A stretch of DNA of 64,000 nucleotides from Gammaproteobacteria bacterium (lineage in GTDB: Bacteria > Pseudomonadota > Gammaproteobacteria > CAJXQU01). Within the stretch, counting starts at the first letter, position 1. Every line of letters begins with the position of its first letter. Location of the stretch: assembly GCA_965238175.1 (NCBI GenBank), contig CBDEGZ010000003.1, positions 128,001-192,000 on the forward strand, read 5' to 3'. The notes under the pieces are model-generated. The model saw only the letters and a program-made list of their open reading frames with translations. It was not told the DNA's origin and searched no databases. The position numbers and the translations under genes are program-made. This document shows, one piece after another, positions 61,747-64,000 of the stretch.

Positions 61747-62371
61747 GTTGTCGGTTCGGATCGTTTTAATTCGGAAAGGAAATTTATCCACCACGTAATT
61801 AATGAAATCAATCGAATTAGCTTGCGTGTGTTTCTCATAGATTTTAAGTGCTCTTATACGCGTACAATCATCAACCGCTGTGTATTTTGGAAACGTTTAA
61901 GACGTTTTCCGTGTTTATCTTTGAAAAAGAGAAACTTAACATCCACTTGAACATGATGTCCCGGCACTTTTTTTCGTAACGTTTAAACTTACTGTGTGAA
62001 CGTTTCTTGATGTTTTCAGGGAGCCGATTTAGTTTATTTCGGCACAAGAAACACCCATTGCGAGATATTTTAATGTCATGGTAACGCTGTAGATGCCATA
62101 CAATCATATCTGGGCCAAAATGGTACGTGGTTCTCAAGTAAATAATTTTTTCTTCGATTTCTTTAGGCAATCGTAGTTTATGATTTTCAGGACAAGGTTT
62201 ATTGTTAACTAAAGCAGCTTCCCCATGCTCTTCATATGCTCGCTTCCACGTATAAAATGTTTCCCGACAAATACCAAAGTAACGACAGGTCTTTGCGATA
62301 TTGCCAATTTCTTTAGCGTGATTTAATACCTTTAGTTTTCTTGTAATATCGTGTTGTGCCTTTTGATTCAT
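61747..62371 (-). pseudogene. IS481-family transposase pseudogene (different lineage from copies 1 and 2)
   Basis: GNIAKTCRYFGICRETFYTWK HTH, then across frameshifts PGHHVQVDVKF, TAVDDCTRIRALKIY and FPFRIKTIRTDN. Truncated there. Confidence 0.85.
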
Positions 62372-62588
62372 ATGCTCGACTCCTAAAATAAGCTGATGAC
62401 AGTATAATCTGTCTGCCTAAGGCGAGATTTTTATACTCGCCCTTGGCAATATTTTTTGTTGTCAGTGATTTGCTACGTTAGCAAAACTACCTAATCTTTT
62501 GTATTTCTCTTCTTAGCTAGCTAGTTATAATTAAAGGTCGCATCTAGTTTGACTGAACGTATGTTAGAAAAGTAATTCAAGTTAACTT

Positions 62589-63314
62589 ATGAATAGTAAA
62601 CCTTTAAAATTAATTGTTTTTCAACATATCGATGTTGAACATCCCGGTATTTTTTGTGATTTCTTGAAAGAAGATGGAATTACATGGGACACCGTCGAAC
62701 TTGATGTTGGTGATCAAATACCCGAATTGGAACAATACGATGCTTTAATCGTAATGGGTGGTCCTATGGATGTCTGGGAAGAAGATAAGCATCCGTGGTT
62801 AATTGATGAAAAAGCCGCTATACGACGTGCAGTTATTGATCTAAAACTACCTTACCTTGGCTTTTGCCTTGGCCATCAACTACTGGCTTCTGCACTCGGT
62901 GGTAAAGTTGGGCCAATGACAAAACCTGAAGTTGGAATACTAGAAATTGAATTGACAACCGATGGCGAAAAAACACCCCTCTTTGCTGGCGTAAATCAAA
63001 AAATTAAATGTCTTCAATGGCATGGGGCAGAAGTATCCGTACCACCCGCAAACAGTAAAACTCTTGCTCGATCAAAAGACTGTGCTATCCAAGCATTACA
63101 AATTGGGGATACTGCATTTAGCATGCAATGCCACGTAGAACTCACGTCAACAACGGTTTCAGATTGGGGTGCGATACCAGAATATGAAAAATCGCTTGAA
63201 CAAACATTAGGGACTGGTGCTTTATCAAAGCTTGATAGCGAAGCGAGTATGCATATGACAGAATTCAATGAGACTGCCAGAACGCTGTATAATAATTTTC
63301 GATTACTCTTGTAA
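62589..63314 (+). CDS. Type 1 glutamine amidotransferase (GuaA-like)
   Basis: VMGGPM, GFCLGHQ, QWHG and QCHVE. Confidence 0.9.
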   Translation: MNSKPLKLIVFQHIDVEHPGIFCDFLKEDGITWDTVELDVGDQIPELEQYDALIVMGGPMDVWEEDKHPWLIDEKAAIRRAVIDLKLPYLGFCLGHQLLASALGGKVGPMTKPEVGILEIELTTDGEKTPLFAGVNQKIKCLQWHGAEVSVPPANSKTLARSKDCAIQALQIGDTAFSMQCHVELTSTTVSDWGAIPEYEKSLEQTLGTGALSKLDSEASMHMTEFNETARTLYNNFRLLL

Positions 63315-63324
63315 AGGAGCACCT

Positions 63325-63480
63325 ATGAAGCCAGCAACCGCAACGTTTATTATGTTTATTGTTATTGTGCTGTGTGGGTATGTAGTAAGCCATGCTCAGG
63401 GGACGATGAAAATGGCCGCTTTTATGGTTGGTATCGCAGCCACGGGTATCTGTTTCTACCTCTATTGGCGTGAACGATGA
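63325..63480 (+). CDS. Small two-TM membrane protein
   Basis: AAGGAG RBS, 51 aa hydrophobic. Its stop overlaps the next ATG. Confidence 0.6.
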   Translation: MKPATATFIMFIVIVLCGYVVSHAQGTMKMAAFMVGIAATGICFYLYWRER

Positions 63481-64000
63481 ACATGTCTACTGAAGAATGG
63501 CTGGTATTCATTACTGCTTGTAGCCTGTTAAATATTGCTCCTGGCCCTGACACTATATACATTACCAGTCGAACTATTGCTCAAGGGAAAATGAGTGGTT
63601 TTATATCCGCTCTTGGTGTTTGTAGTGGTGCTATGCTTCATGCTCTGGCAGCTGGAATTGGCTTGTCACTGATACTAACAACTTCTGTACTCGCCTTTAA
63701 TATGATCAAATGGCTAGGTGCGATCTACTTTATCTATCTAGGTTATAAAGCCATCTGCGGTAATCACCTTTCTTCAAACATGTCCCGACCGTCAGAAGTT
63801 GTTATGACTTTGGATTATAAAAAGATCTACCTTCAAGGTGTTTTGGTAGATCTACTTAATCCTAAAACCGCCCTATTCTTTTTAGCCTTTATCCCGCAAT
63901 TCATTGATACTCAGCGTGGCCCTCAATTGGCACAGTTCCTGACCCTTGGCCTTGTTGTCATAATCAATGCTTTGATTATTGAATATACCCTGATTATATT
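63477..64000 (+). CDS. LysE/RhtB family translocator (runs off the window)
   Basis: IAPGPD, IKWLGAIYFIYLG and LLNPKTALFFLAFIPQF. Not in the ORF track because there is no stop in the window. Confidence 0.9.
   Translation, partial: MNMSTEEWLVFITACSLLNIAPGPDTIYITSRTIAQGKMSGFISALGVCSGAMLHALAAGIGLSLILTTSVLAFNMIKWLGAIYFIYLGYKAICGNHLSSNMSRPSEVVMTLDYKKIYLQGVLVDLLNPKTALFFLAFIPQFIDTQRGPQLAQFLTLGLVVIINALIIEYTLII

Overview
The window is gammaproteobacterial-type chromosome. It is mostly housekeeping (gcvH, uvrD, argS, sfsA, selO, prk, msbA, feoAB, rpmE, rpe-gph-trpEGDC, queA-tgt-yajC-secDF). Mobile DNA includes two full IS481-family copies, IS30/IS982/IS481 remnants and two ERIC-like MITEs. Accessory loci include a frameshifted vapBC pair, a PspA-membrane protein-XRE module, three polytopic membrane genes of probable surface-modification function and a Type IIG restriction-modification gene. 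The most unusual part lies at tRNA-Leu(CAA), 56401-56485. A minimal 3.74-kb integrative element is bounded by a GCACCATTT core at 56480 and 60218. Its large serine recombinase runs across the att site, so its C-terminus is encoded by the tRNA antisense strand when integrated and by an in-frame acidic tail at the far end of the element when excised. Its only large cargo is a protein of eight 36-aa mTERF-like tandem repeats with hypervariable positions. Further decayed islands (Fic gene with operator-like repeats, IS481 pseudogene) follow in tandem at the same tRNA. All family assignments come from motif recognition by eye, not from database searches.
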